Source: an uncultured Flammeovirgaceae bacterium (lineage in GTDB: Bacteria; Bacteroidota; Bacteroidia; Cytophagales; Cyclobacteriaceae). From it: a stretch of 40,000 nt of DNA. The notes under the pieces are model-generated. The model searched no databases and had not been told where the DNA came from. It worked only from the letters and a program-made list of their open reading frames with translations. The position numbers and the translations under genes were made by a program. Each line of letters starts with the position of its first letter. Position 1 is the stretch's first letter. Shown here piece after piece: positions 28,556 to 37,790 of this stretch. The stretch lies in the NCBI GenBank assembly GCA_913050055.1, contig CAJXAT010000002.1, positions 23,633 to 63,632 of the forward strand. Reading direction: 5' to 3'.

Positions 28556-30943
28556 CTAAAATTTAAAGTTGTAAGAAAAAGCAGGCACAAAAGAACCAAT
28601 GATAGAAATTTGAGAAGCCATGGTCTCTACGGGCTCATCAATAGGCTGCCTATCTGAACCTTGAGAAAACATGATGGCAAATGGATTCCTTCTGTTATAA
28701 ACATTGTAAACAGAAAATACGAAATAGTCAGTATTCTTTCTGCCTTTCTTACCAAAATATACATTGTCCCAAGTAACCGAAACATCCAATCTATGATAAT
28801 CAGGTATGCGAACATTCCCGCGCTCATTTTTTAACAATGGAATGACATAACCTTGTTGTGAAAAGCGATCGTTGGGAAAGGTAGTTGGCGTTCCTGAGAG
28901 ATAGCTAAAAACACCTGAAAGGGTTATTCTGTCATTGATTTGATAATTATTTGTGATTTTTAAATTATGCCTTTGGTCAAATCTATTGGGATACCATTGC
29001 CCTTTTCTTTCAGCCATATCTGTGCCATAATTAACGCCATCGATCTTCAACTCCGATTTTCCTAGAGTATAACTGATCCAACCATTGAAGCGCCCACGTG
29101 TTTTTCTCAAATACAGTTCCAATCCATAAGCCCGGCCATCACCTGAAAGCAGGTCCCCTTCCAAAAACTCATTGATCAAGATATCGGCACCATCAATATA
29201 GTCAACCTGATTTTTATTCCATTTATAATAAACCTCTGCAGAAGTTTCAAACAAGTTCCCCTGCAAATTCTTAAAATATCCCACAGCAATCTGATTTCCC
29301 GTCTGAGGTTTGATATTATTGGTACTTGGCTGCCAAACGTCAATAGGTGTTGCCGCTACCGTATTAGAAATCAAATGAATGAATTGATTCATTCGGTTGT
29401 AGCTCCCCTTAATCGAACTCGTAGGATTCAAGGTATAACGGAGAGAAGCTCGAGGTTCTAAAGCCTGATAATGAGCAATGGTTTCCATGTTATCGTGTGA
29501 CTGTGTTCCAATCCATGGTTTTCTTTCTCCGGGAATCGCTGTACCATAAGAATAAGAATTACCTCCACCTAAATAAAGAAAAGAAGATATTCTAAGACCA
29601 TATTGGATACTTAAACGGTCATTGATTTTTTGATTATTCCCAAAATAAACTGATGTCTCAAGAGATTTCTTTTTGTCTAGACTGATATCTGAAATAACCC
29701 CATCACTGACTCCAATCGCATTGGCAGGTTCAAATTCATAGAACAAAAATTCTGCTCCAAAAACAATCTCATTTTGGGTATTAAGGAAATAATTAAATTC
29801 AGGTTTAAAGTCATAATTCTTAATATTTGATGACCAATCGAATGTATCTGAAGCATCATCACCAAAACTAAATCCATAATCATAATCAGAAAATACGCCA
29901 GTAAAATTGGAAAATAATTTATCGCTAAAAAGGTGATTCCATCTAATCGTTCCTGTTTGATTACCCCAATCAAAGCCTTGTCGTTCATCAAACTTGAATA
30001 CATCTCGACCAAAATACCCGGATAAATAGACCCTATTTCTGTCATCTATGTCCCAATTTGCCTTTGCTGTTAGATCATAAAAATACAACGCCGCTCCATT
30101 GTCAAAAGCGTCTGTAAAGGGTTTTGCTAACACGTCCACGTAAGACCTTCGGCCTGCCAGAATAAAGGATGCTTTTTCCTTTTTAATCGGGCCTTCAACC
30201 GAGAATCTACTAAAAACAGTTCCAACACCTCCATTAAATTCAGAACCTTTATTATTCCCCTCCTTCATCCTTATATCCAGAATCGATGCCAACCTTCCTC
30301 CATAACGAGGAGGAATACCCCCTTTATATAATTTAACGTCTTTAACTGCATCCGGATTAAACACGGAAAAAAAACCAAATAAATGTGAGGTTTGATATAC
30401 TGGAGCTTCATCCAAAAGCACTAAATTCTGGCCGGAACCACCGCCTCGCACATTAAAACCAGAGGCTCCTTCACCCACTGTACTTACCCCAGGTAACAAC
30501 TGAATACTTTTAATGATATCTACTTCTCCAGCAAAAGTGGGTACTTTCAATATTGATTTGATATCTAGCTTAGCTGTACTCATCTCTACATCGCTGATAT
30601 TGGCATCTTCACGATTTGCGGACACCACCACCGAATTCAACTCCTTTTCAATCTCAACAAGTTCAATATCAAGACGCATATTCTCTGTCAGCGTCAAAAC
30701 CATATTCTGCGTATTAAAACCAACATATCTGAATTCAACGTCATAAGTGCCTGGAGTAACACTCAAAGAATAGAAACCATACACATTGGTAACCGCTCCA
30801 CCTTCCACTTGTTTGATGTATACTACTGCCCCAACAAGAGATTCCCCATTGGCTGCATCGCTAATTTCACCACTTAAAGTGACCATTTGCTGCGCAGACA
30901 ACCAACTGACATTGAAGAATATAATTAAAAAAAGTAGCCTCAT
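28556..30943 (-). CDS. TonB-dependent receptor with carboxypeptidase-regulatory-like N-terminal domain and plug
   Basis: VTLSGEISDAANGESLVGAVVYIK, GEVDIIKSIQLLPGVSTVGEGASGFNVRGGGSGQNLVLLDEAPVY, beta-barrel C-terminus. Confidence 0.92.
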   Translation of the reverse strand: MRLLFLIIFFNVSWLSAQQMVTLSGEISDAANGESLVGAVVYIKQVEGGAVTNVYGFYSLSVTPGTYDVEFRYVGFNTQNMVLTLTENMRLDIELVEIEKELNSVVVSANREDANISDVEMSTAKLDIKSILKVPTFAGEVDIIKSIQLLPGVSTVGEGASGFNVRGGGSGQNLVLLDEAPVYQTSHLFGFFSVFNPDAVKDVKLYKGGIPPRYGGRLASILDIRMKEGNNKGSEFNGGVGTVFSRFSVEGPIKKEKASFILAGRRSYVDVLAKPFTDAFDNGAALYFYDLTAKANWDIDDRNRVYLSGYFGRDVFKFDERQGFDWGNQTGTIRWNHLFSDKLFSNFTGVFSDYDYGFSFGDDASDTFDWSSNIKNYDFKPEFNYFLNTQNEIVFGAEFLFYEFEPANAIGVSDGVISDISLDKKKSLETSVYFGNNQKINDRLSIQYGLRISSFLYLGGGNSYSYGTAIPGERKPWIGTQSHDNMETIAHYQALEPRASLRYTLNPTSSIKGSYNRMNQFIHLISNTVAATPIDVWQPSTNNIKPQTGNQIAVGYFKNLQGNLFETSAEVYYKWNKNQVDYIDGADILINEFLEGDLLSGDGRAYGLELYLRKTRGRFNGWISYTLGKSELKIDGVNYGTDMAERKGQWYPNRFDQRHNLKITNNYQINDRITLSGVFSYLSGTPTTFPNDRFSQQGYVIPLLKNERGNVRIPDYHRLDVSVTWDNVYFGKKGRKNTDYFVFSVYNVYNRRNPFAIMFSQGSDRQPIDEPVETMASQISIIGSFVPAFSYNFKF

Positions 30944-31309
30944 TGATAGTAAAAAAGTAAAAGTAATTATGGTTTCTGGCTTGTTTGTATTTATCGGGCA
31001 ATACTAATATTTAAAATTACCATGACTAAACTTTAGCTCAGTTAATTTAAAAAGAGGAATTTAAACATTAACCAAAAGACCAACATGAACATTTCATAAT
31101 TTTTGATCTTATTTAATAACAAAGGAACAAACACATCTTTAGCTGTCATAGTGCACTCAAAGAGCTGGATTTATTTTATTTGATGAAATCATATTACTCG
31201 CAATCAATAGCAATAATGCGTAGGTTGACATTACGACAAGTATCAAAAGAAGTTGGATTTTTATCATTTTCCTTTACCGTTTTTTTCTTCCCTCTTTTTT
31301 TTAAGCCAA

Positions 31310-31417
31310 TTAATTCGTATGGCTGATTTCAAAAAAAAGGCATCCCACCACAGAAGTAGTAACTCCAAACCCTATTCCTAAATGACTCAACCAAAAGTAA
31401 AAAAGCAATTTAATAGA
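31310..31417 (-). pseudogene. Coding-like remnant, copy 1 (membrane-protein-like fragment)
   Basis: Minus strand reads SIKLLFYFWLSHLGIGFGVTTSVVGCLFFEISHTN*, preceded by a stop and without a start codon. Confidence 0.4.
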
Positions 31418-31627
31418 CTAATCCAAAAGGTTTCGAAGTATCTAAATATCAACCTCAACGGTTCAAATATAATTATAAAGTAGTTAAAACGAGAAAAGGA
31501 GAAGTCTATCAGATTGTAAGAATATTGACTCTTAAATCATGGTTTATTTTAATCATGTGAGCAAATAATATGGAAGGATATAGATTAAATGGCCCTCTCA
31601 AAAAGTCCAGAAGTTTTTACTCTTTAA

Positions 31628-31713
31628 TCAACTACCACCACATCTCGCTTTAATCGAAATCACAAAAAAAGATATCCCACCACTGAAGAAGCATCTCCAA
31701 AACCATCTAGCTA
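31628..31713 (-). pseudogene. Coding-like remnant, copy 2 (diverged and frameshifted)
   Basis: Minus strand reads LDGFGDASSVVGYLFL*; aligned to copy 1, with a run of 7 T against 8 T. Confidence 0.35.
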
Positions 31714-31867
31714 AGATGGCCCTTCAAGACGGCTCTTTCAAAAACACTGTAATCAAATACTTATTTCTTGATATGAACTCCGAAAATAATAATGTCAGTT
31801 ACTTGATACGATTTATCAACTCTTCCAAAAAAAACTCCTTTAAGGATGCCTTCTGGGATTTAGGCAA

Positions 31868-32827
31868 TCAAGAAATTAATTTTTTAATAATTAATTCAGC
31901 ATGCTCACGAGAATTCTCAATAAACCATTTGTTTGTTTTTAGGCCTCCGCAAATAACCCCAGCAAGAAAAATACCTGAGACATTGGTTTCCATAGTTTCA
32001 GAATTATGAACAGGCGTTCGATTGACATCTGTTCCTATCTTTACCCCCATAGAAGTTAAAAAATTAAAATCTGGCTGATAACCTGTCATTGCAAGAACAA
32101 AATCATTGACAAGAGTGATCTCACCCTCGGGTGTCTTAATGTCAATCTCATCCTGTCGAATCTCGGTAATCGTTGACTCAAAATAGGCTTTTATGGCTCC
32201 TTCCTCAATTCTATTTATAATATCTGGCCGAGCCCAATACTTCACATTGGACCCAATTTCAGCTTCTCGAACAATCATCGTTACCTTTTTTGCCCCTCTT
32301 CTGTAGGTATCTAAGGCAGCATCCACTGCCGAATTAGCGGATCCGATAACCGCTACATTCATTCCAAAATAGGGATGTGCCTCCTGATAATAATGCTCCA
32401 CTTTAGAAAGGGATTCGCCAGTGATATTTAACAAAAATGGCAAATCATAAAAGCCTGTTGCCACAATAATTGAGGCCGCTTGATGCGTAGCTTTTGTCGT
32501 CTTTATTTCAAAAAGTTGATTGCCCTTAACGACACTGACGATTTCTTCATACAAATTAACCTTTAAATCCCAAACAAGTGTTACCCTTCTGTAGTATTCT
32601 AAGGCTTCGGATCTCGTAGGTTTGGGACTGTTTGAAATAAAGGGGACTTCCCCTATTTCTAATCTATCTGAAGTAGAGAAGAAGGTCATGTTTGCCGGAT
32701 AATGATAGATTGAATTAACCAAAGTCCCCCGATCTACAATCAAGTTACTCAACCCTGCCTTTTTAGCCGCTATGGCACAAGCAAGGCCAATTGGACCCGC
32801 TCCAATAATCAAACAATCTACTTTCAA
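31868..32827 (-). CDS. ypdA: YpdA family bacillithiol disulfide reductase (FAD-dependent)
   Basis: CLIIGAGPIGLACAIAAKKAGL, NSIYHYPANMTFFSTSDRLEIG, AVIGSANSAVDAALDTYRRG, ALTGYQPDF-like AMTGYQPDFNFL. Confidence 0.9.
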   Translation of the reverse strand: MKVDCLIIGAGPIGLACAIAAKKAGLSNLIVDRGTLVNSIYHYPANMTFFSTSDRLEIGEVPFISNSPKPTRSEALEYYRRVTLVWDLKVNLYEEIVSVVKGNQLFEIKTTKATHQAASIIVATGFYDLPFLLNITGESLSKVEHYYQEAHPYFGMNVAVIGSANSAVDAALDTYRRGAKKVTMIVREAEIGSNVKYWARPDIINRIEEGAIKAYFESTITEIRQDEIDIKTPEGEITLVNDFVLAMTGYQPDFNFLTSMGVKIGTDVNRTPVHNSETMETNVSGIFLAGVICGGLKTNKWFIENSREHAELIIKKLIS

Positions 32828-33405
32828 AATCGATATAATTTATGGGGTGTAATACAATAATCTAACGCAATATCATGCGCCTCGACATACGGAATTAAAT
32901 CAACTGGACCACTCAGGCATAATCCTATCTTTTGAACCTTAAGATGGCTGATTTCGGCCAATAACTCATCATAATAGCCTTTTCCGTAGCCAATCCTATT
33001 CCCTTTCTTATCCACAGCTAACAAGGGTACGAGAATCGCTTGTAAATCATCTAAAGCAGCAGAAGCCTGATGCACCGGTTCTGGAATACCATAGCGATTG
33101 ATTTGGATTTTATCGGTCGACTCATAAGTATGATGAGACATACTCCGATTTTGAAAATCTGTCTTGGATATCAATACCTGACGTCCGCAGGACCAAGAAG
33201 CTTGAATGATGGTTTGTGTCTCCGGTTCTTTGTTTTTGCCTATGGCGAGATAGGTGTGAAAATATTGAATATTAAGATTTTCCATCAAAGCTAAGCAAAG
33301 GTTTTGAATCTGCTGATTACGCTCGATATACACCTGAGCATCGAGCATCTTTCGATACATTAAAAAATGCTTTCTTAATTCCTCTTTTGAACTTATTCCT
33401 CCCAA
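32824..33405 (-). CDS. 5-formyltetrahydrofolate cyclo-ligase
   Basis: ILVPLLAVDKKGNRIGYGKGYYDELLAE, IGLCLSGPVDLIPYVEAHDIALDYCITP. Confidence 0.9.
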   Translation of the reverse strand: MGGISSKEELRKHFLMYRKMLDAQVYIERNQQIQNLCLALMENLNIQYFHTYLAIGKNKEPETQTIIQASWSCGRQVLISKTDFQNRSMSHHTYESTDKIQINRYGIPEPVHQASAALDDLQAILVPLLAVDKKGNRIGYGKGYYDELLAEISHLKVQKIGLCLSGPVDLIPYVEAHDIALDYCITPHKLYRF

Positions 33406-34949
33406 AACAGATAAAATGAAAATTCAAAGGGTTCAAATTCATCCAATAGCTCCTTAATTAGCGCTGTATTATTAAAATAAAAGTTTAAATAGTTTTCGCT
33501 ACGTTCTTGAAGAACCCCGTTCGGAAATAATCGATCCTTAATCCCCTCTATCTGTGTGAGTGCTGTTCGGTGATTTTTTTCTAAGGATTTTTTAAGCTTT
33601 TTCTCAATATGCGCTAACGCCTTTATGGCTTTCGCTTCTTCTGAGCCGATATAACCTCCCAAAGATTGATCAATCATTTCCACTTTTATTTTTATCGATT
33701 CAAACAAATCACTGAATGACTGCTTTTGATCATTTAGATTAGGTTGATACGTACTTGTCCGACTTAAATAATCTGCTTTCAATTGTTGTTTGCTTCGAAA
33801 GAGTTGCTCATTAGCTATGCCTAATTTTTTTGCCTTTTTTGCTGTGGTCTGATTAATAATCATCCCGAAATTTCGAGGCATTAAAACAGGAAAACTCATC
33901 TTGTAGTAATCAAAAACTCCTTTTAATTGTAGCCAATAAATGATCTCTGCTGACCCTCCTAAATAAGCTATATTGGGTAATATAACCTCTTGATAAACGG
34001 GTCTCATAATCACATTGGGACTGAACCTCTCTGGATAATGGTCAATCTCTGAAAGAATTTCCCGCTTGGTAAATTTAATGTCTGAGTTCACCACACTGAA
34101 ATTTTCGCCATCAGAAATAATACGTCTCCGAAAATCATCGAGATAGAAAAAGTTGATGGGCCTACTAAATGCTTGTGACTTGTAACCTAAATCGATCAAT
34201 TGCTCATTGGTCTGTTTTACCCTCTGATGCGTATTTTGATTGAGGATATCATCCTTCATTATAGGTGCAAACTGGGCCTTCAATTGAGGATCATCACCAT
34301 CAACCACGATCAGGCCTTCAGATCCAAAGAGTTCATTTACGTAAAATCGCACTGAATCTGCTAAAGTTTTAAATCGACCATAAGCTTTTTCAAATAACTC
34401 GACGTTCTCACGTACCTGATCCAGCACCTCAGTTAATGAAGAAGGATCAAATCTTCCTACTGCACCGGTTTGTTCGGTAGTCCATTGATATTTCTTACCA
34501 AACATATTGAAATAGCTAATTTCTTCAAAATCATGGTCTTCAGTAGCCATCCAATAGACGGGAATAAAATGATAATCAGGATAATGTGCCTTAAGCTTTT
34601 TTGATAAATTAATGGTAGTGATTAGCTTGAATAAAAAATAAAGAGGTCCTGTAAATATGTTTAACTGATGACCTGTAGTGACGGTGAAGGTACGCGCTTC
34701 TGAAAGGCTTTGAATGTTCTCCGAAAGTTTTGATACACAGGTCAAGCCGTCATACTGACGCTCTAAAGCATCTACAAGCGTCTTTCTATTTGCCGGACTA
34801 AAGGCTTTATTAGTGATTGCAGATTGAAAGGATTCAATTTTAGGCTTCCACTCATAAAATTCTTTCAACGCATCTTGTCCCTCAATATAATCTAAAAACA
34901 TCTTTGAAAAAGAGCCTACTTTTCGTAACGATAGATGTGTTTTTTTCAT
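33393..34949 (-). CDS. bshC: Bacillithiol biosynthesis cysteine-adding enzyme BshC
   Basis: VTTGHQLNIFTGPLYFLFKLITTINLSKKL, FIPVYWMATEDHDFEEISYFN, YLGGSAEIIYWLQLKGVFDYYKMSFPVLMPRN. Confidence 0.92.
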   Translation of the reverse strand: MKKTHLSLRKVGSFSKMFLDYIEGQDALKEFYEWKPKIESFQSAITNKAFSPANRKTLVDALERQYDGLTCVSKLSENIQSLSEARTFTVTTGHQLNIFTGPLYFLFKLITTINLSKKLKAHYPDYHFIPVYWMATEDHDFEEISYFNMFGKKYQWTTEQTGAVGRFDPSSLTEVLDQVRENVELFEKAYGRFKTLADSVRFYVNELFGSEGLIVVDGDDPQLKAQFAPIMKDDILNQNTHQRVKQTNEQLIDLGYKSQAFSRPINFFYLDDFRRRIISDGENFSVVNSDIKFTKREILSEIDHYPERFSPNVIMRPVYQEVILPNIAYLGGSAEIIYWLQLKGVFDYYKMSFPVLMPRNFGMIINQTTAKKAKKLGIANEQLFRSKQQLKADYLSRTSTYQPNLNDQKQSFSDLFESIKIKVEMIDQSLGGYIGSEEAKAIKALAHIEKKLKKSLEKNHRTALTQIEGIKDRLFPNGVLQERSENYLNFYFNNTALIKELLDEFEPFEFSFYLFWEE

Positions 34950-34956
34950 GATTAAA

Positions 34957-36273
34957 CTAGGCTTTTATGGGTTTTGCATATAAATCAAAAGCCGATGCAG
35001 ATGTGATGACTACTTCACAAAAATCTCCCACCCTAAGATAACCATCATCCGAATTTATAAGTACTTCATTATCCACTTCAGGCGAATCATGCTCGGTACG
35101 TCCCACATATTGGCCTCCCTCAAACCGATCAATCAACACGCGGTATTTTTTCCCCACTTTTTCAGCATTTATTTCTTCGGAAATCTCCTCTTGTAGTTCC
35201 ATAATTGCCTCTAAGCGTTTTTGCTTTACCTCATCGGGAACATCATCTTTCATCGTATAAGAGTGAGTATCCTCCTCATGAGAATAGGTAAAGACACCTA
35301 ATCTCTCAAATCTATTTTTTTCAACAAAGTCCATCATATCCATAAATGCTTCTTCTGTTTCGCCCGGATGCCCAACGATCAGCGTAGTTCTAATGGCAAT
35401 TTTAGGAATTTTCTCTCTTATGTGATTCAAAAGAGCCTCTGTTTTCTCCCGAGTCGTACCTCTTCTCATCAATTCAAGCATACGCGTTGATCCATGCTGT
35501 AAGGGTATGTCCAGATAATTACAAATATTATTCCTCTTGGCCATCACATCCAAAACATCCATCGGAAATCCACTAGGAAAGGCATAGTGAAGCCTGATCC
35601 AATCAAGGCCTTCGACATCTGCCAACTGATTCATCAAATCAGCAAGCGCTCTTTTTTTATAGATATCTAGGCCATAATAAGTTGAATCTTGAGCGATTAA
35701 TAAAATCTCTTTGGTCCCATTTTTCACTAAATTCTTTACCTCCAAAAGAATCTCTTCAATGGGTTTTGAAACGTGCTTCCCACGCATCAATGGGATAGCG
35801 CAAAAGGTGCAGGGTCGGTCACAACCCTCGGATATTTTCAAATAAGCATAGTGGTTAGCCGTTGTAGTAATACGTTCCCCCAACAATTCATTTTTATAGG
35901 TAGCATTGAACCTTTTAAGGAGTAAAGGAAGCTCCATGGTACCAAACCAGCCATCCACATTTGTAATCTCTTTTTGAAGTGCTACTCTGTAGCGCTCCGA
36001 GAGACAGCCCGTGACAAAAACTTTCTCCACGATCCCCTCCTCTTTGGCATCTGCATACCTCAATATCGTATCGATCGATTCTTGCTTTGCATTATCAATA
36101 AACCCGCAAGTATTGATTACCACTATATTGGCATCATCCCTTTCTGACTCATGGATGGTGTCAATTTGGTTGCCTTTTAATTGGGTCAACATAACTTCTG
36201 AATCGACAATATTCTTGGAACACCCAAGTGTAACGATGTTCACTTTATCCTTCTTTCTTCCTTTGGTCTTCAC
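34957..36273 (-). CDS. rimO: Ribosomal protein S12 methylthiotransferase RimO
   Basis: NIVTLGCSKNIVDSEVM, SEGCDRPCTFCAIPLMRGKHVSKP, TLIVGHPGETEEAF, TRAM-like C-terminus. Confidence 0.93.
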   Translation of the reverse strand: MKTKGRKKDKVNIVTLGCSKNIVDSEVMLTQLKGNQIDTIHESERDDANIVVINTCGFIDNAKQESIDTILRYADAKEEGIVEKVFVTGCLSERYRVALQKEITNVDGWFGTMELPLLLKRFNATYKNELLGERITTTANHYAYLKISEGCDRPCTFCAIPLMRGKHVSKPIEEILLEVKNLVKNGTKEILLIAQDSTYYGLDIYKKRALADLMNQLADVEGLDWIRLHYAFPSGFPMDVLDVMAKRNNICNYLDIPLQHGSTRMLELMRRGTTREKTEALLNHIREKIPKIAIRTTLIVGHPGETEEAFMDMMDFVEKNRFERLGVFTYSHEEDTHSYTMKDDVPDEVKQKRLEAIMELQEEISEEINAEKVGKKYRVLIDRFEGGQYVGRTEHDSPEVDNEVLINSDDGYLRVGDFCEVVITSASAFDLYAKPIKA

Positions 36274-36293
36274 AAAATAATATTAATTTTTTA

Positions 36294-36301
36294 CAAAGCT
36301 A
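36294..36301 (-). promoter_or_regulatory. Candidate -7 box (TAGCTTTG) for rimO-bshC-ypdA direction
   Basis: Matches TAnnTTTG 20 nt upstream of the rimO start. Confidence 0.35.
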
Positions 36302-36346
36302 ACACAAATGGAGTCGCTTAAGCATCCAAGATGAGCATCCATTCAC

Positions 36347-36354
36347 TAACTTTG
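36347..36354 (+). promoter_or_regulatory. Candidate -7 box (TAACTTTG) just upstream of DUF6452-type gene
   Basis: Matches TAnnTTTG, ending 6 nt before the ATG at 36361. Confidence 0.3.
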
Positions 36355-36360
36355 TAAATA

Positions 36361-36807
36361 ATGCGATTTTGGTTATTCTTTTTAAGTTTTGGTTTTTGCC
36401 TGTTCGAGTCCTGTAATGAGGTTGAGGATTGTACATTGGATCCTTATGGAAATTATGCGGTGGCCACATTTAATCTGTTAAGTGGTGAAAGTAAAATCAT
36501 TGCGTTTGATTCGATCATTTTGGAAGGTTTTGGTCGATTGCCAGGAGATCGAGACACACTCATAGGTATGCTACTCCCATTACCTGTTGAAAACACTGAA
36601 GTGGCCTTTCATTATTATACAGACAGTAGCCTTTATTCATTAGCCATTAGTTATAAAAGTCAACCCCTCATTTATGACCTTTCTTGCGAGGCTACCATTA
36701 GGTTTTATGACTTAGATACAAGCTATCAATCTTTTGACTCACTGGTCATCGTTGGATCAGAAGTTCATCTCGATTATGTTCCTATCAATTTTGAAATCTA
36801 TCTATAA
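36361..36807 (+). CDS. DUF6452-type small lipoprotein
   Basis: Lipoprotein leader, EVEDCTLDPYGNYAVATFNL; paired with the DUF6048-type gene. Confidence 0.7.
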   Translation: MRFWLFFLSFGFCLFESCNEVEDCTLDPYGNYAVATFNLLSGESKIIAFDSIILEGFGRLPGDRDTLIGMLLPLPVENTEVAFHYYTDSSLYSLAISYKSQPLIYDLSCEATIRFYDLDTSYQSFDSLVIVGSEVHLDYVPINFEIYL

Positions 36808-37492
36808 CATTTTAATCCTTACATTTCTCCCTATTATTGGGATGAGTCAAACAGCAGATACTGTGCGAATTAAACCAGATTGGAATCCCTCGAGGTTGCA
36901 TGTTGGTATAGATGTCTCTAGATTAATGGGGACGGCTATAAAGCCCCATAAAAGTTCTTTGGGTGGAATGATCGATATCGATTTTCACCGATTCCTCCTT
37001 GCCTTTGAGGGTGGCGTAGAAGAAATAAACCGAATAAAAACTTACGAATATACCAACAAAGGAGCTTTTTTAAAGTGGGGCATCGATTATAATCTCATCC
37101 CTTCTAACAAATATAGAAATATGATTTCGTTAGGTCTAAGATATGCACAAAGCAGGTTTTCTGACCAATTGAATTTTACAGAGGAAAATCCTTGGTTTGG
37201 TAACCAAACCTTACAATTCTCAAATCAAAATATTTCAGCCCATTGGACAGAAATACTATTAAGACTCAATGTCCAGATTTGGAAAAATGTTTTTTTGGGC
37301 TCCGTCCTGCGCATAGAAATTATGAAAAATATTTCTGCTCCAGATCAATTCATCCCTTTTGATATCCCCGGCTGGGGTAGAAATTGGAAAAGTGGTACCG
37401 ATGAAAAACCAGCCAACATGGGATTCAGTTATTATCTGATCTATCATTTTCCCTTCCGAGAAAAAGAAATCCCTCTAAAAAAAATAAAATAA
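36776..37492 (+). CDS. DUF6048-type outer-membrane-like protein
   Basis: Start at 36776 gives MFLSILKSIYNILILTFLPIIGMSQ; LHVGIDVSRLMGTAIKPHKSSLGGMIDIDFHRFLLAFEGG; 32-nt overlap with preceding gene. Confidence 0.7.
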   Translation: MFLSILKSIYNILILTFLPIIGMSQTADTVRIKPDWNPSRLHVGIDVSRLMGTAIKPHKSSLGGMIDIDFHRFLLAFEGGVEEINRIKTYEYTNKGAFLKWGIDYNLIPSNKYRNMISLGLRYAQSRFSDQLNFTEENPWFGNQTLQFSNQNISAHWTEILLRLNVQIWKNVFLGSVLRIEIMKNISAPDQFIPFDIPGWGRNWKSGTDEKPANMGFSYYLIYHFPFREKEIPLKKIK

Positions 37493-37499
37493 CAGCGCA

Positions 37500-37790
37500 C
37501 TAAAGGAATTTAACATCATCAATGATATCTATACCCACCTTTTTATGAATTAATTTTAAAACCTTAGCCTTTGACATGTTGAGCTCTTGTTTTAGTGGCG
37601 CTGAATTCATGTTAACATAGAGTGTCTTTTTTTTGATAAACATTCGAGCCGTACGACTCGCAATAGTAGGCCCCATGAGTTCCTGCCACATACCAATAAG
37701 TTTATGCTCATTGAGCTTCCCCTCGAGCTTTTCTTCTTTTAAATATTTACCAATAGCCTCTCGTAAGCTTTGGGTACGTTCATGTTTCAT
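37500..37790 (-). CDS. DUF721 / DciA-like protein
   Basis: SLREAIGKYLKEEKLEGKLNEHKLIGMWQELMGPTIASRT, LYVNMNSAPLKQELNMSKAKVLKLI; directly downstream of recF. Confidence 0.82.
   Translation of the reverse strand: MKHERTQSLREAIGKYLKEEKLEGKLNEHKLIGMWQELMGPTIASRTARMFIKKKTLYVNMNSAPLKQELNMSKAKVLKLIHKKVGIDIIDDVKFL

Noticed and set aside
31716-32009. 97-aa plus-strand ORF overlapping the 3' end of ypdA
   Set aside because: Half of it is antisense to the ypdA coding region; no motif, and the upstream half is in the degraded interval.
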